This document shows positions 43,173 through 53,893 of a DNA stretch of 64,000 nt, one piece after another (the first letter of the stretch is position 1; every line of letters begins with the position of its first letter). The notes below the pieces were generated by a model. That model was not told where the DNA came from. It saw nothing but the letters and a program-made list of their open reading frames with translations, and searched no databases. The stretch lies in sequence record OP856590.1; one strand, given 5' to 3'. The DNA is from Escherichia phage Ec_MI-02. Both the position numbers and the translations under genes were made by a program.

Positions 43173-43826
43173 TTAATACTTGCAAGATTTCACAGTTTCA
43201 ATGAAAACACTTTTAGCTTTCTGCGAATCAATATTTAAAATTTTTCTATAAGCCTTTAACTTTATAGAATAATTATTCCAGACTAAATTATCAGTCTGTT
43301 CATCATGTTTATCAATTATATTTAAAAACGAATCAAGCAAGATAAACGTCTCAAACGAAATTATATTCGATTGAAGTAGTTTAAAAATATAACTTGATTG
43401 AACTTTTGGATTATACTCAAAGATTTCTTTAAAAGCAGAAACTTCAACTTTTTTACTAAAATAATAAATGTTGCGAATATCTTCTTCAAACTTAAATTTA
43501 ATTTGCTTTAAGCGTCCGATATATTCACGATAAAACACAAGTGCATCAGCGTCAGAGATGTCACCAATCCAAGCATCTTGGTTAGCAACCAGATTGCTTA
43601 TAAAGATTAAAGCAAGTTCCTTTAATTTATATTTTTCTGATAACTTCTGGAAAAAATACTTATCCCTTCGCTTTTGATAAGCGGCATCAGACACCCGCAT
43701 GCACCAATTATACTTAATTACATCATACTTTCCATTCATATGCTGTTTTATCATTAAGTATAATTTATAAACTGATTTACCATCAATATATCTTTCACCA
43801 CCAGCAGGCATGCGGAGTTTAATCAT
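43173..43826 (-). CDS. 59: helicase loader gp59
   Basis: 217 aa, MIKLRMPAGGERYIDGKSVYKLY recognised. Confidence 0.9.
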   Translation of the reverse strand: MIKLRMPAGGERYIDGKSVYKLYLMIKQHMNGKYDVIKYNWCMRVSDAAYQKRRDKYFFQKLSEKYKLKELALIFISNLVANQDAWIGDISDADALVFYREYIGRLKQIKFKFEEDIRNIYYFSKKVEVSAFKEIFEYNPKVQSSYIFKLLQSNIISFETFILLDSFLNIIDKHDEQTDNLVWNNYSIKLKAYRKILNIDSQKAKSVFIETVKSCKY

Positions 43827-44170
43827 AGTAGAAAATCTAATGTATTAGTTTTTTCACAACGAACAACAGAAGGACGTAAAAGATTTTCGTCAATAGCTTC
43901 TGACTGAATTTTTTCAATTATACCCGAAGGAATAAATTTAGCAAATTGAGTTTCAGGAATAGAATTTTCTTCTAAGAATGCTGTTGTAGCTTCAAGATAA
44001 CTCATTCCAAACTCTTCTACCATTTTTTCAATAATAAATCCATTTTCTTGACGATCAAGAAGCTTTGCAATTTCATCCTTTTCTTTCTTAATTGAAAGTT
44101 CTTTTTCTGAAAGACCGGTCTCATCGACCGGACGAATATCATTTAGAGAAAACTGTGTCATAAAGTTCAA
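43823..44170 (-). CDS. 33: late transcription co-activator gp33
   Basis: 115 aa, ATGA-coupled to gene 59. Confidence 0.85.
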   Translation of the reverse strand: MNFMTQFSLNDIRPVDETGLSEKELSIKKEKDEIAKLLDRQENGFIIEKMVEEFGMSYLEATTAFLEENSIPETQFAKFIPSGIIEKIQSEAIDENLLRPSVVRCEKTNTLDFLL

Positions 44171-44408
44171 CTACCTCTTCAGTTTCAGCTTCAAACACAT
44201 CACGGTTATCTTTATGATACAAAGCTAACAGACGATTAAACATCTTGCCATCAACGCCAAGTTCATCTTTGGCACGAATTCGAATATCTTTAATCAATTC
44301 ATTATAACCAGAAATTTTCAGTTTATGATCAGATGCTTCTTTAATAAATTTAGCCAAATCTTCGCCATGGATAGCTTCATCAAATTCAACCATTTCTTTT
44401 TTAGCCAT
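44139..44408 (-). CDS. dsbA: double-stranded DNA-binding protein DsbA
   Basis: 89 aa, MAKKEMVEFDEAIHGEDLAKFIKEA. Confidence 0.85.
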   Translation of the reverse strand: MAKKEMVEFDEAIHGEDLAKFIKEASDHKLKISGYNELIKDIRIRAKDELGVDGKMFNRLLALYHKDNRDVFEAETEEVVELYDTVFSK

Positions 44409-44416
44409 TATTCACC

Positions 44417-45334
44417 TCAAAATTCATTAATGCTATTAGTTAATTTAGAAAGACCCGCTTTTACAAAATATGAATAAATTTTGCCACGCGGTGGTAATTT
44501 ATATGAATTATAGTAATTCACAATGTTTGAAGCAATATTATCAGGAATATAATCAAAATCAATTAGAACTAAATTTTCTTTATATCGATTATATTCAGAT
44601 TCTGTGAGAAGCACCTTAGCTTGCTCACGGTCATTAGCAATAGCTTCAACAATAGAGGTTTTCATTGAAGGAGTTCGTTCACCTTCAACTCTAGTAAACC
44701 AAAAGTCAGATCGTACTTTAACTGAGGCGACGTTATCCTTTTTGTCACCTTTAAGGATTTTAGTCATACAGTCAATTTCAGCAGAACCGCTTTTAATTTT
44801 AACCCATTTCTTGTGCATCGGTGACCACTGCTTAACATTTGGATATTTATGAAGTTGAGTAAAGTCACCATCCGATGAAATGATTAAAATCTTGTGTCCT
44901 TCTAAAGAGAACTTTTTAACAAGAACAGCAATATGGTCATCTGCTTCATACTTATCAATATCCATAACGATGTATGGCATATAAGCTTTCAGTTCATCTA
45001 TAACTTTATGACTGGATTCAAAATAACCTTCCCAATCCCAAGTAGATTCTTCTCGTGCTTTTCCACGGTTTTTCTTATAATAATAAGCAAAATCACGACG
45101 CCAGTATCCAGATTTCGCGTTATCAATACACAGTACAATTTTAGTGTATCCAAGAGTTTTTGCTTTTTTGACATTAAACTTAATTGAGTTCAATATCAAA
45201 TGACGAACCATTGATAAATTAATTTTTTCTTTATCTGGAAAGTTTACCAAAGCAGTTGAAAGCGCAATCTGACTAAAGTCAATTAAGCAGATTCCTTCTT
45301 TGTAATCTTCATCCAGCATCATTTCTAAATCCAT
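44417..45334 (-). CDS. rnh: RNase H (5'-3' exonuclease, FEN-like)
   Basis: 305 aa from ATG 45334 (MDLEMMLDEDYKEG); ORF-track start is TTG. Confidence 0.92.
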   Translation of the reverse strand: MDLEMMLDEDYKEGICLIDFSQIALSTALVNFPDKEKINLSMVRHLILNSIKFNVKKAKTLGYTKIVLCIDNAKSGYWRRDFAYYYKKNRGKAREESTWDWEGYFESSHKVIDELKAYMPYIVMDIDKYEADDHIAVLVKKFSLEGHKILIISSDGDFTQLHKYPNVKQWSPMHKKWVKIKSGSAEIDCMTKILKGDKKDNVASVKVRSDFWFTRVEGERTPSMKTSIVEAIANDREQAKVLLTESEYNRYKENLVLIDFDYIPDNIASNIVNYYNSYKLPPRGKIYSYFVKAGLSKLTNSINEF

Positions 45335-45396
45335 ATGAACCTCGTTCAATTAGTGAGATTTCTATTATATACCATCTGAATCTTAAAGTAAACAAG

Positions 45397-45404
45397 TATA
45401 AATA
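45397..45404 (+). promoter_or_regulatory. late promoter motif upstream of gene 34
   Basis: exact TATAAATA 35 nt upstream of ATG 45439. Confidence 0.6.
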
Positions 45405-45438
45405 CTTATTATTGAAAACACAATAGGAGCCCGGGAGA

Positions 45439-48400
45439 ATGGCCGAGATTAAAAGAAAGTTCAGAGCAGAAGATGGTCTGGACGCAGGTGGCGATAAAAT
45501 AATCAACGTAGCTTTAGCTGATCGTGCCGTAGGAACTGACGGTGTTAACGTTGATTACCTAATTCAAGAAAACACAGTTCAACAATACGATCCAACTCGT
45601 GGATATTTAAAAGATTTTGTAATCATTTATGATAACCGTTTTTGGGCTGCTATAAATGATATTCCAAAACCAGCGGGAGCTTTTAATAGCGTACGCTGGA
45701 GAGCATTACGTACTGATACTAATTGGACAACTGTTTCATCAGGACCTTATCAATTAAAGTCAGGTGAATCAATTTCAGTTAATACTGCAGCAGGAAATGA
45801 TATCACATTTACTTTGCCAACTTCTCCAATTGATGGAGATACTATCGTTCTTCAAGATATTGGTGGAAAACCCGGAGTTAACCAAGTTTTAATTGTAGCT
45901 CCAGTGCAAAGTATTGTAAACTTTAGAGGCGAACAAGTACGATCAGTACTAATGACCCATCCAAAATCACAGATAGTTTTAATTTTTAGTAATCGTCTGT
46001 GGCAAATGTATGTGGCTGATTATAGCAGAGAAGCGGTAGTTGTGACGCCAGCAAGTCTCTACCAGGCGCAGTCAAACGATTTTATCGTGCGCAGATTTAC
46101 TTCTGCTGCACCGATAAATATTAAACTTCCGAGATTTGCTAATCATGGCGATATTATTAATTTCGTTGATTTAGATAAATTAAATCCTCTTTATCATACA
46201 ATTGTTACTACATATGATGAAACTACATCAGTACAAGAAGATGGAACTCATTCGATTGAAGGACGTACATCGATTGACGGTTTCTTGATGTATGATGATA
46301 ATGAGAAATTATGGAGATTATTTGACGGGGATAGTAAAGCACGTTTACGTGTTATAACAACTAATTCTAATATTCGTCCAAACGAAGAAGTTATGGTATT
46401 TGGTGCGAATAATGGAACAACTCAAACAATTGAACTTCAGCTTCCGACCGATATTTCCATTGGCGATACTGTTAAAATTTCCATGAATTACATGAGAAAA
46501 GGCCAAACAGTTAAAATCAAAGCTGCCGGTGAAGATAAAATTGCTTCTTCAGTTCAATTGCTGCAATTCCCAAAACGTTCAGAATATCCACCTGAAGCTG
46601 AATGGGTGACTGTTCAAGAATTAGTTTTTAACGGTGAAACTAATTATGTTCCAGTTTTACAACTTGCTTATATCGAAGATTCTGACGGAAAATACTGGGT
46701 TGTACAGCAAAACGTTCCAACTGTAGAAAGAGTTGATTCTTTAAATGATTCTACTAGAGCAAGATTAGGTGTGATTGCTTTAGCTACACAAGCTCAAGCT
46801 AACGTCGATTTAGAAAATTCTCCACAAAAAGAATTAGCAATTACTCCAGAAACATTAGCTAACCGTACTGCTACAGAAACTCGTAGAGGTATCGCAAGAA
46901 TAGCAACCACTGCTCAAGTGAACCAGGACACTACATTCTCTTTTGCTGATGATATTATCATCACTCCTAAAAAGCTGAATGAAAGAACTGCTACAGAAAC
47001 TCGTAGAGGTGTTGCTGAAATTGCTACACAGCAAGAAACTAACGCAGGTACTGATGATACTACAATCATCACTCCTAAAAAGCTTCAAGCTCGACAAGGT
47101 TCTGAATCATTATCTGGTATTGTAACCTTTGTATCTACCGCAGGAGCTACTCCAGCTTCTAGTCGTGAATTAAATGGTACAAATGTTTATAATAAAAACA
47201 CTAATAATTTAGTTGTTTCGCCTAAAGCACTGGATCAATATAAAGCTACTCCAACGCAACAAGGTGCAGTAATTTTAGCAGTTGAAAGTGAAGTAATTGC
47301 TGGACAAAGCCAAGAAGGATGGGCAAATGCGGTTGTAACTCCAGAAACGTTACATAAAAAGACATCAACTGATGGAAGAATTGGTTTAATTGAAATTGCT
47401 ACGCAAAGTGAAGTTAATACAGGAACTGATTATACTCGCGCAGTCACTCCTAAAACTTTAAATGACCGTAAAGCAACTGAAAGTTTAAGTGGTATAGCTG
47501 AAATTGCTACGCAAGTTGAATTCGACGCAGGCGTCGACGATACTCGTATCTCTACACCATTAAAAATTAAAACCAGATTTAATAGTACTGATCGTACTTC
47601 TGTTGTTGCTCTATCTGGATTAGTTGAATCAGGAACTCTCTGGGACCATTATACCCTTAATATTCTTGAAGCAAATGAGACACAGCGTGGTACACTTCGT
47701 GTGGCTACACAAGTTGAAGCTGCTGCAGGAACATTAGATAATGTTCTAATAACTCCTAAAAAGCTTTTAGGTACTAAATCTACTGAAGCGCAAGAAGGCG
47801 TTATTAAAGTTGCAACTCAATCTGAAACTGTAGCTGGAACGTCAGCAAATACTGCTGTATCTCCAAAAAATTTAAAATGGATTGTGCAGAGCGAACCTAC
47901 TTGGGCAGCAACTACTTTGGTAAGAGGTTTTGTTAAAACTTCATCTGGTTCAATTACATTCGTTGGTAATGATACAGTTGGTTCAACGCAGTCATTAGAC
48001 TTGTACGAGAAAAATAGCTATGCAGTATCGCCATATGAATTAAACCGTGTATTAGCAAATTATTTGCCGTTAAAGGCAAAAGCTGCTGACACGAATTTAT
48101 TGGATGGTCTAGATTCATCCCAGTTCATTCGTAGGGATATTGCGCAGACGGTTAATGGTTCACTAACCTTAACTCAACAAACGAATCTGAGTGCCCCTCT
48201 TGTATCATCTAGTACTGCTACGTTTGGTGGATCAGTTTCAGCAAATAGTACACTAACTATTTCTAATACTGGAACAGAAACTCATTTGATTTTTGAGAAA
48301 GGACCTCAAACTGGAACTAACCCTGCACAGACGATGACTGTTAGAGTGTGGGGGAATCAATTTAGTGGGGAATCAAACACAACACGTTCTACCGTATTTG

Positions 48401-49308
48401 AAGTTAGTGATGAAACATCTTATCACTTTTATTCTCAACGCGATAAAGATGGTAATATAGCATTTAGCATTAATGGTACTGTAATGCCAATAAATGTGAA
48501 TGCTTTAGGTTCTTTGAACGCGAACGGCGTTGCAACATTCGGTAGTTCAGTTACTGCTAATGGCGAATTTATCAGTAAATCGTCGAATGCTTTTAGAGCA
48601 ATAAACGGTGATTATGGATTCTTTATTCGTAATGATGCTGCTAACACCTATTTTATGCTTACTGCATCTGGTGATCAGACTGGTGGATTTAATGGATTAC
48701 GTCCATTATCAATTAATAATCAATCTGGTCAGGTTACAATTGGTGAAAGCTTAATCATTGCCAAAGGTGCTACTATAACTTCAGGTGGTTTAACTGTCAA
48801 CTCGAGAATTCGTTCTCAGGGTACTAAAACCTCTGATTTATATACTCGTGCGCCAACATCTGATACTGTAGGATTCTGGTCAATCGATATTAATGATTCA
48901 GCCACTTATAACCAGTTCCCGGGTTATTTTAAAATGGTTGAAAAAACTAATGAAGTGACTGGGCTTCCATACTTAGAACGTGGCGAAGAGGTTAAATCTC
49001 CTGGTACATTGACTCAGTTTGGTAACACACTCGATTCACTTTACCAAGATTGGATTACTTATCCAACGACTCCAGAAGCACGTACCACTCGCTGGACGCG
49101 TACATGGCAGAAAACCAAAAACTCTTGGTCAAGTTTTGTTCAGGTATTTGATGGAGGTAACCCTCCTCAGCCGTCTGATATCGGTGCTTTACCATCTGAT
49201 AATGCTACAATGGGGAATCTTACTATTCGTGATTTCTTACGAATTGGTAATGTTCGCATTATTCCTGACCCAGTGAATAAAACGGTTAAATTTGAATGGG
49301 TTGAATAA
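45439..49308 (+). CDS. 34: long tail fiber proximal subunit gp34
   Basis: 1289 aa with internal tandem sequence repeats. Confidence 0.95.
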   Translation: MAEIKRKFRAEDGLDAGGDKIINVALADRAVGTDGVNVDYLIQENTVQQYDPTRGYLKDFVIIYDNRFWAAINDIPKPAGAFNSVRWRALRTDTNWTTVSSGPYQLKSGESISVNTAAGNDITFTLPTSPIDGDTIVLQDIGGKPGVNQVLIVAPVQSIVNFRGEQVRSVLMTHPKSQIVLIFSNRLWQMYVADYSREAVVVTPASLYQAQSNDFIVRRFTSAAPINIKLPRFANHGDIINFVDLDKLNPLYHTIVTTYDETTSVQEDGTHSIEGRTSIDGFLMYDDNEKLWRLFDGDSKARLRVITTNSNIRPNEEVMVFGANNGTTQTIELQLPTDISIGDTVKISMNYMRKGQTVKIKAAGEDKIASSVQLLQFPKRSEYPPEAEWVTVQELVFNGETNYVPVLQLAYIEDSDGKYWVVQQNVPTVERVDSLNDSTRARLGVIALATQAQANVDLENSPQKELAITPETLANRTATETRRGIARIATTAQVNQDTTFSFADDIIITPKKLNERTATETRRGVAEIATQQETNAGTDDTTIITPKKLQARQGSESLSGIVTFVSTAGATPASSRELNGTNVYNKNTNNLVVSPKALDQYKATPTQQGAVILAVESEVIAGQSQEGWANAVVTPETLHKKTSTDGRIGLIEIATQSEVNTGTDYTRAVTPKTLNDRKATESLSGIAEIATQVEFDAGVDDTRISTPLKIKTRFNSTDRTSVVALSGLVESGTLWDHYTLNILEANETQRGTLRVATQVEAAAGTLDNVLITPKKLLGTKSTEAQEGVIKVATQSETVAGTSANTAVSPKNLKWIVQSEPTWAATTLVRGFVKTSSGSITFVGNDTVGSTQSLDLYEKNSYAVSPYELNRVLANYLPLKAKAADTNLLDGLDSSQFIRRDIAQTVNGSLTLTQQTNLSAPLVSSSTATFGGSVSANSTLTISNTGTETHLIFEKGPQTGTNPAQTMTVRVWGNQFSGESNTTRSTVFEVSDETSYHFYSQRDKDGNIAFSINGTVMPINVNALGSLNANGVATFGSSVTANGEFISKSSNAFRAINGDYGFFIRNDAANTYFMLTASGDQTGGFNGLRPLSINNQSGQVTIGESLIIAKGATITSGGLTVNSRIRSQGTKTSDLYTRAPTSDTVGFWSIDINDSATYNQFPGYFKMVEKTNEVTGLPYLERGEEVKSPGTLTQFGNTLDSLYQDWITYPTTPEARTTRWTRTWQKTKNSWSSFVQVFDGGNPPQPSDIGALPSDNATMGNLTIRDFLRIGNVRIIPDPVNKTVKFEWVE

Positions 49309-49316
49309 GAGGTATT

Positions 49317-50432
49317 ATGGAAAAATTTATGGCAGAGTTTGGACAAGGATATGTCCAAACGCCATTTTTATCGGAAAGTAATTCAGTAAGATATAAAATA
49401 AGTATAGCGGGTTCTTGCCCGCTTTCTACAGCAGGACCATATGTTAAATTTCAGGATAATCTTGTCGGAAGTCAAACATTTAGCGCAGGTCTTCATTTAA
49501 GAGTTTTTGACCCTTCCACTGGAGCATTAGTTGATAGTAAGTCATATGCTTTTTCGACTTCAAATGATACTACATCAGCTGCTTTTGTTAGTTTCATGAA
49601 TTCTTTTTCAAACAATAGACTTGTTGCTATATTAACTAGCGGAAAGGTTAATTTTCCTCCTGAAGTAGTATCTTGGTTAAGAGCAGCAGGAACGTCTGCT
49701 TTTCCATCTGATTCTTTATTGTCAAGATTTGACGTATCATATGCTGCTTTTTACACTTCTTCTAAAAGAGCTATTGCATTGGAGCATGTTAAACTAAGTA
49801 ATAGAAAAAGCACAGATGACTATCAAACTATTTTAGATGTTGTATTTGACAGTTTAGAAGACGTTGGAGCTACAGGATTTCCTAAAAGAACATATGAAAG
49901 CGTTGAGCAATTTATGTCAGCAGTCGGTGGAACTAATAACGAAATTGCACGTTTACCAACTTCATCCGCGATAAGTAAACTCTCTGATTATAATTTAATT
50001 CCTGGCGATGTTCTTTATCTTAAAGCGCAGTTATACGCTGATGCAGATTTACTTGCGCTTGGAACTACAAATATATCAATCCGTTTTTATGATGAATCGA
50101 ATGGATATATTTCTTCAACACATGCTGAGTTTACTGGACAAGCCGGGTCATGGGAATTAAAGGAAGATTATGTAGTTATTCCAGAAAATGCAGTAGGATT
50201 TACGATATATGCACAAAGAACTGCACAAGCAGGTCAAGGTGGCATGAGAAATTTAAGCTTTTCTGAAGTATCAAGAAATGGCGGAATTTCAAAACCTGCT
50301 GAATTTGGCGTCAACGGTATTCGAGTTAATTATGTCTGCGAATCTGCTTCACCTCCGGATATAATGGTACTTCCTACGCAAGCATCGTCTAAAACTGGTA
50401 AAGTGTTTGGGCAAGAATTTAGAGAAGTTTAA
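49317..50432 (+). CDS. 35: long tail fiber hinge protein gp35
   Basis: 371 aa after gene 34. Confidence 0.9.
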   Translation: MEKFMAEFGQGYVQTPFLSESNSVRYKISIAGSCPLSTAGPYVKFQDNLVGSQTFSAGLHLRVFDPSTGALVDSKSYAFSTSNDTTSAAFVSFMNSFSNNRLVAILTSGKVNFPPEVVSWLRAAGTSAFPSDSLLSRFDVSYAAFYTSSKRAIALEHVKLSNRKSTDDYQTILDVVFDSLEDVGATGFPKRTYESVEQFMSAVGGTNNEIARLPTSSAISKLSDYNLIPGDVLYLKAQLYADADLLALGTTNISIRFYDESNGYISSTHAEFTGQAGSWELKEDYVVIPENAVGFTIYAQRTAQAGQGGMRNLSFSEVSRNGGISKPAEFGVNGIRVNYVCESASPPDIMVLPTQASSKTGKVFGQEFREV

Positions 50433-50437
50433 ATTGA

Positions 50438-50455
50438 GGGAGCCTTCGGGTTCCC
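50438..50455 (+). terminator. stem-loop after gene 35
   Basis: GGGAGCC-TTCG-GGTTCCC then T-run. Confidence 0.65.
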
Positions 50456-50463
50456 TTTTTCTT

Positions 50464-50471
50464 TATAAATA
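50464..50471 (+). promoter_or_regulatory. late promoter motif upstream of gene 36
   Basis: exact TATAAATA 24 nt upstream of ATG 50495. Confidence 0.6.
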
Positions 50472-50494
50472 CTATTAAAATAAAGGGGCATACA

Positions 50495-51151
50495 ATGGCT
50501 GATTTAAAAGTAGGTTCAACAACTGGAGGCTCTGTCATTTGGCATCAAGGAAATTTTCCATTGAATCCAGCCGGTGACGATGTACTCTATAAATCATTTA
50601 AAATATATTCAGAATATAATAAACCACAAGCTGCTGATAATGATTTCGTTTCTAAAGCTAATGGTGGCACGTATTTAAATAAAGTAATTTTTAATAAAGG
50701 AATGACTGTTCCCGGTGCAGGGTCAGGTGACAATGGTATTTTTGCTGGTCCTGGTGATAATGCCACGTATGATACTACAAATATGGATATTGTTTCGTGG
50801 TATGGTATTGGTTTTAAATCATCACAAGGTTCAGCGGGTAGAACTGTAGTAATTAACACACGAAATGGAGATATTAGCTCAAAGGGTGTAATTGAAGCAT
50901 CACAAATACGCGCAACTTCATTATCTCCAGTAAATAATTATGACCTTACACGGAAAGATTATGTCGATGGAGCAATAAATATTGTTACAGCAAACGCAAA
51001 CTCTAGGGTATTACGCTCTGGAGATACTATGACAGGTAACTTAACCGCGCCAAACCTTTTTTCGCAGAATCCTGCATCTCAACCATCACATGTTCCACGA
51101 TTTGATCAAATTGTTATTAAGGATTCTGTTCAAGATTTCGGCTATTATTAA
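50495..51151 (+). CDS. 36: long tail fiber distal subunit gp36
   Basis: 218 aa before gene 37. Confidence 0.9.
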   Translation: MADLKVGSTTGGSVIWHQGNFPLNPAGDDVLYKSFKIYSEYNKPQAADNDFVSKANGGTYLNKVIFNKGMTVPGAGSGDNGIFAGPGDNATYDTTNMDIVSWYGIGFKSSQGSAGRTVVINTRNGDISSKGVIEASQIRATSLSPVNNYDLTRKDYVDGAINIVTANANSRVLRSGDTMTGNLTAPNLFSQNPASQPSHVPRFDQIVIKDSVQDFGYY

Positions 51152-51159
51152 GAGGACTT

Positions 51160-53862
51160 ATGGCTACTTTAAAACAAATACAATTTAAAAGAAGCAAAAC
51201 CGCAGGAGCACGTCCTGCCGCTTCAGTATTAGCCGAAGGTGAATTGGCTATAAACTTAAAAGACCGTGTACTTTTTACTAAAGATGACCAAGGAAATATT
51301 ATTGATCTGGGTTTTGCTAAAGGCGGTAGCATTGACGGGAATGTTATTCATATAGGAAATTATAATCAAACTGGTGATTATACTTTAAATGGAACCTTCA
51401 CTCAGACAGGTAATTTTAATTTAACTGGTATTGCTCGAGTAACTCGTGATATTATTGCCGCTGGGCAGATTATGACTGAAGGTGGGGAACTTATTACAAA
51501 AAGTTCAGGTACAGCGCATGTTCGTTTTTTCGATAGCAATAGCCGCGAACGCGGAATCATTTATTCACCGGCTAATGATGGATTAACTACACAAGTACTT
51601 AATATCAGGGTTCAAGACTACGCCGCTGGTAGCGAAAGCACTTATGCATTTTCAGGCAATGGCCTATTTACTTCACCTGAAGTATCAGCATGGAAATCTA
51701 TGTCAACTCCTCAGATTTTGACCGATAAAGTTATTACAGATGGGAAGAAGACAGGCGATTATGATATCTATTCATTATCAAATAACACTCCATTGGCAGA
51801 AAGCGAAACGGCTATTAACCACCTCCGTGTTATGCGAAATGCTGTAGGAGCAGGTATTTTCCACGAAGTTAATGTTAATGACGGAATAACCTGGTATTCC
51901 GGAGATGGCTTAGACACTTATATTTTGTCGTTTAACTGGGCCGGTGGATTGAAAGCCGGTCATTCTATTTCTGTAGGTCTTCCAGGTGGCCCTAAAGGAT
52001 ATTCTGAATTAGGAACAGCTTCAATTGCCCTCGGTGATAATGATACCGGATTTAAATGGCATCAAGATGGGTATTTCCATACAGTAAACAACGGAACAAA
52101 AACTTTCATTTACGGTCCTGCGGAAACACAAAGCCTTAGAAAAATGGTTATGGGTTATTCTCCGGATGGTATTCTCATGACAACGCCACCGACAGAAAAC
52201 TATGCTCTTGCTACTGTCGTAACATATCATGATAATAATGCGTTTGGAGATGGCCAGACTCATTTAGGTTATTATCAAGGCGGTAATTATCATCACTATT
52301 TCCGCGGTAAAGGTGTCACAAACATTAATACTCATGGCGGTTTGTTAGTTACTCCTGGTAATATTGATGTTAATGGCGGTTCGGTTAATATTGACGGTCG
52401 TAATAATGCTTCTACCGTGATTTTTAAAGGAAATACAACCGGTTATAGTTCAGTTGATAATGTGGAAATCAAAGTTTGGGGTAATACCTTTACTAATCCT
52501 AGTGAAGGCACCCGTAAAAATGTCATGGAAATTTCTGACGCAACTAGTTGGATGAGCTATATTCAACGAACAACTGCAGGTAAAGTCGAATCGGTTATAA
52601 ATGGTACCCAGATTGTTAATGAAAACTTGACAGTAGTAAAAAATGCTACATTTGACGGTACAATCAGCGCAGCCGGTGAAATCGCGGCAAATGCTGTAAA
52701 TGCGCTTCGCATTTGGAACGCAGATTATGGAGCCATTTTTAGACGTTCAGAAGGCAGTCTTCATATTATTCCAACTGCCTATGGTGAAGGTAAACATGGC
52801 GATATTGGTCCACTTCGCCCGTTTAGCATGGCTTTAGATACTGGTAAAGTCACTATTCCAGATTTACAATCAAGTTACAATACGTTCGCAGCAAACGGTT
52901 ATATTAAATTTACTGGTCACGGAGCAGGCGCTGGTGGTTATGATATTCAATATATTCAAGCAGCTCCTATTTTCCAGGAAATCGATGATGACGCAGTAAA
53001 TAAATATTATCCTATTGTTAAACAGAAGTTTTTAAACGGTAAAGCTGTTTGGTCTTTAGGTACTGAAATTAATTCGGGTACATTCGTTATTCATCATCTG
53101 AAAGAAGATGGTTCACAAGGCCATACGTCTCGTTTTAATCAAGACGGTACTGTTAACTTCCCAGATAACGTTTCTGACCCACAAGCTATATATGAATTTC
53201 ACCATAACGGAACTCTGTATGTTCCTAACATGGTTAAAACTGGAGCAAGATTATCAGCTGGCGGCGGCGACCCGGTGTGGACTGGGCCATGTCTTGTTAT
53301 TGGTGATAATGATACTGGTTTAGTCCATGGCGGTGATGGCCGAATCAATATGGTTGCCAATGGTGTTCATATTGCTTCATGGTCATCTGCTTATCATCTC
53401 CATGAAGGTCTTTGGGATACTACTGGTGCTTTGTGGACTGAGCAAGGAAGAGCTATTATTTCTTTTGGTCATTTAATCCAACAGAGTGATGCCTATTCTA
53501 CATTTGTCCGTGATGTTTATGTCCGTTCTGATATTCGCGTTAAAAAAGACCTCGTTAAATTTGAAAATGCTTCTCAGAAGCTTTCTAAAATTAACGGTTA
53601 CACTTATATGCAGAAGCGAGGCCTGGATGAGGAAGGTAATCAGAAATGGGAACCTAACGCTGGTTTAATTGCTCAAGAAGTTCAAGCTATTTTACCAGAA
53701 TTAGTTGAAGGCGACCCTGATGGTGAAGCTTTACTTCGTTTGAACTATAACGGTGTAATTGGTTTAAATACAGCTGCAATCAATGAGCATACTGCAGAAA
53801 TTGCAGAACTTAAATCAGAAATCGAAGAACTTAAAGCATTAATTAAATCATTGTTAAAATAA
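51160..53862 (+). CDS. 37: long tail fiber distal subunit gp37 with C-terminal intramolecular-chaperone-like domain
   Basis: 900 aa; C-terminal about 111 aa begin with SDIRVKKDL (self-cleaving chaperone-type motif) and end in a coiled-coil-like segment. Confidence 0.9.
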   Translation: MATLKQIQFKRSKTAGARPAASVLAEGELAINLKDRVLFTKDDQGNIIDLGFAKGGSIDGNVIHIGNYNQTGDYTLNGTFTQTGNFNLTGIARVTRDIIAAGQIMTEGGELITKSSGTAHVRFFDSNSRERGIIYSPANDGLTTQVLNIRVQDYAAGSESTYAFSGNGLFTSPEVSAWKSMSTPQILTDKVITDGKKTGDYDIYSLSNNTPLAESETAINHLRVMRNAVGAGIFHEVNVNDGITWYSGDGLDTYILSFNWAGGLKAGHSISVGLPGGPKGYSELGTASIALGDNDTGFKWHQDGYFHTVNNGTKTFIYGPAETQSLRKMVMGYSPDGILMTTPPTENYALATVVTYHDNNAFGDGQTHLGYYQGGNYHHYFRGKGVTNINTHGGLLVTPGNIDVNGGSVNIDGRNNASTVIFKGNTTGYSSVDNVEIKVWGNTFTNPSEGTRKNVMEISDATSWMSYIQRTTAGKVESVINGTQIVNENLTVVKNATFDGTISAAGEIAANAVNALRIWNADYGAIFRRSEGSLHIIPTAYGEGKHGDIGPLRPFSMALDTGKVTIPDLQSSYNTFAANGYIKFTGHGAGAGGYDIQYIQAAPIFQEIDDDAVNKYYPIVKQKFLNGKAVWSLGTEINSGTFVIHHLKEDGSQGHTSRFNQDGTVNFPDNVSDPQAIYEFHHNGTLYVPNMVKTGARLSAGGGDPVWTGPCLVIGDNDTGLVHGGDGRINMVANGVHIASWSSAYHLHEGLWDTTGALWTEQGRAIISFGHLIQQSDAYSTFVRDVYVRSDIRVKKDLVKFENASQKLSKINGYTYMQKRGLDEEGNQKWEPNAGLIAQEVQAILPELVEGDPDGEALLRLNYNGVIGLNTAAINEHTAEIAELKSEIEELKALIKSLLK

Positions 53863-53867
53863 TAAGA

Positions 53868-53881
53868 GGGGCTTCGGCCCC
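53868..53881 (+). terminator. stem-loop between genes 37 and 38
   Basis: GGGGC-TTCG-GCCCC directly upstream of the gene 38 RBS; possibly attenuating. Confidence 0.45.
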
Positions 53882-53893
53882 TTGGAGGTTTAT

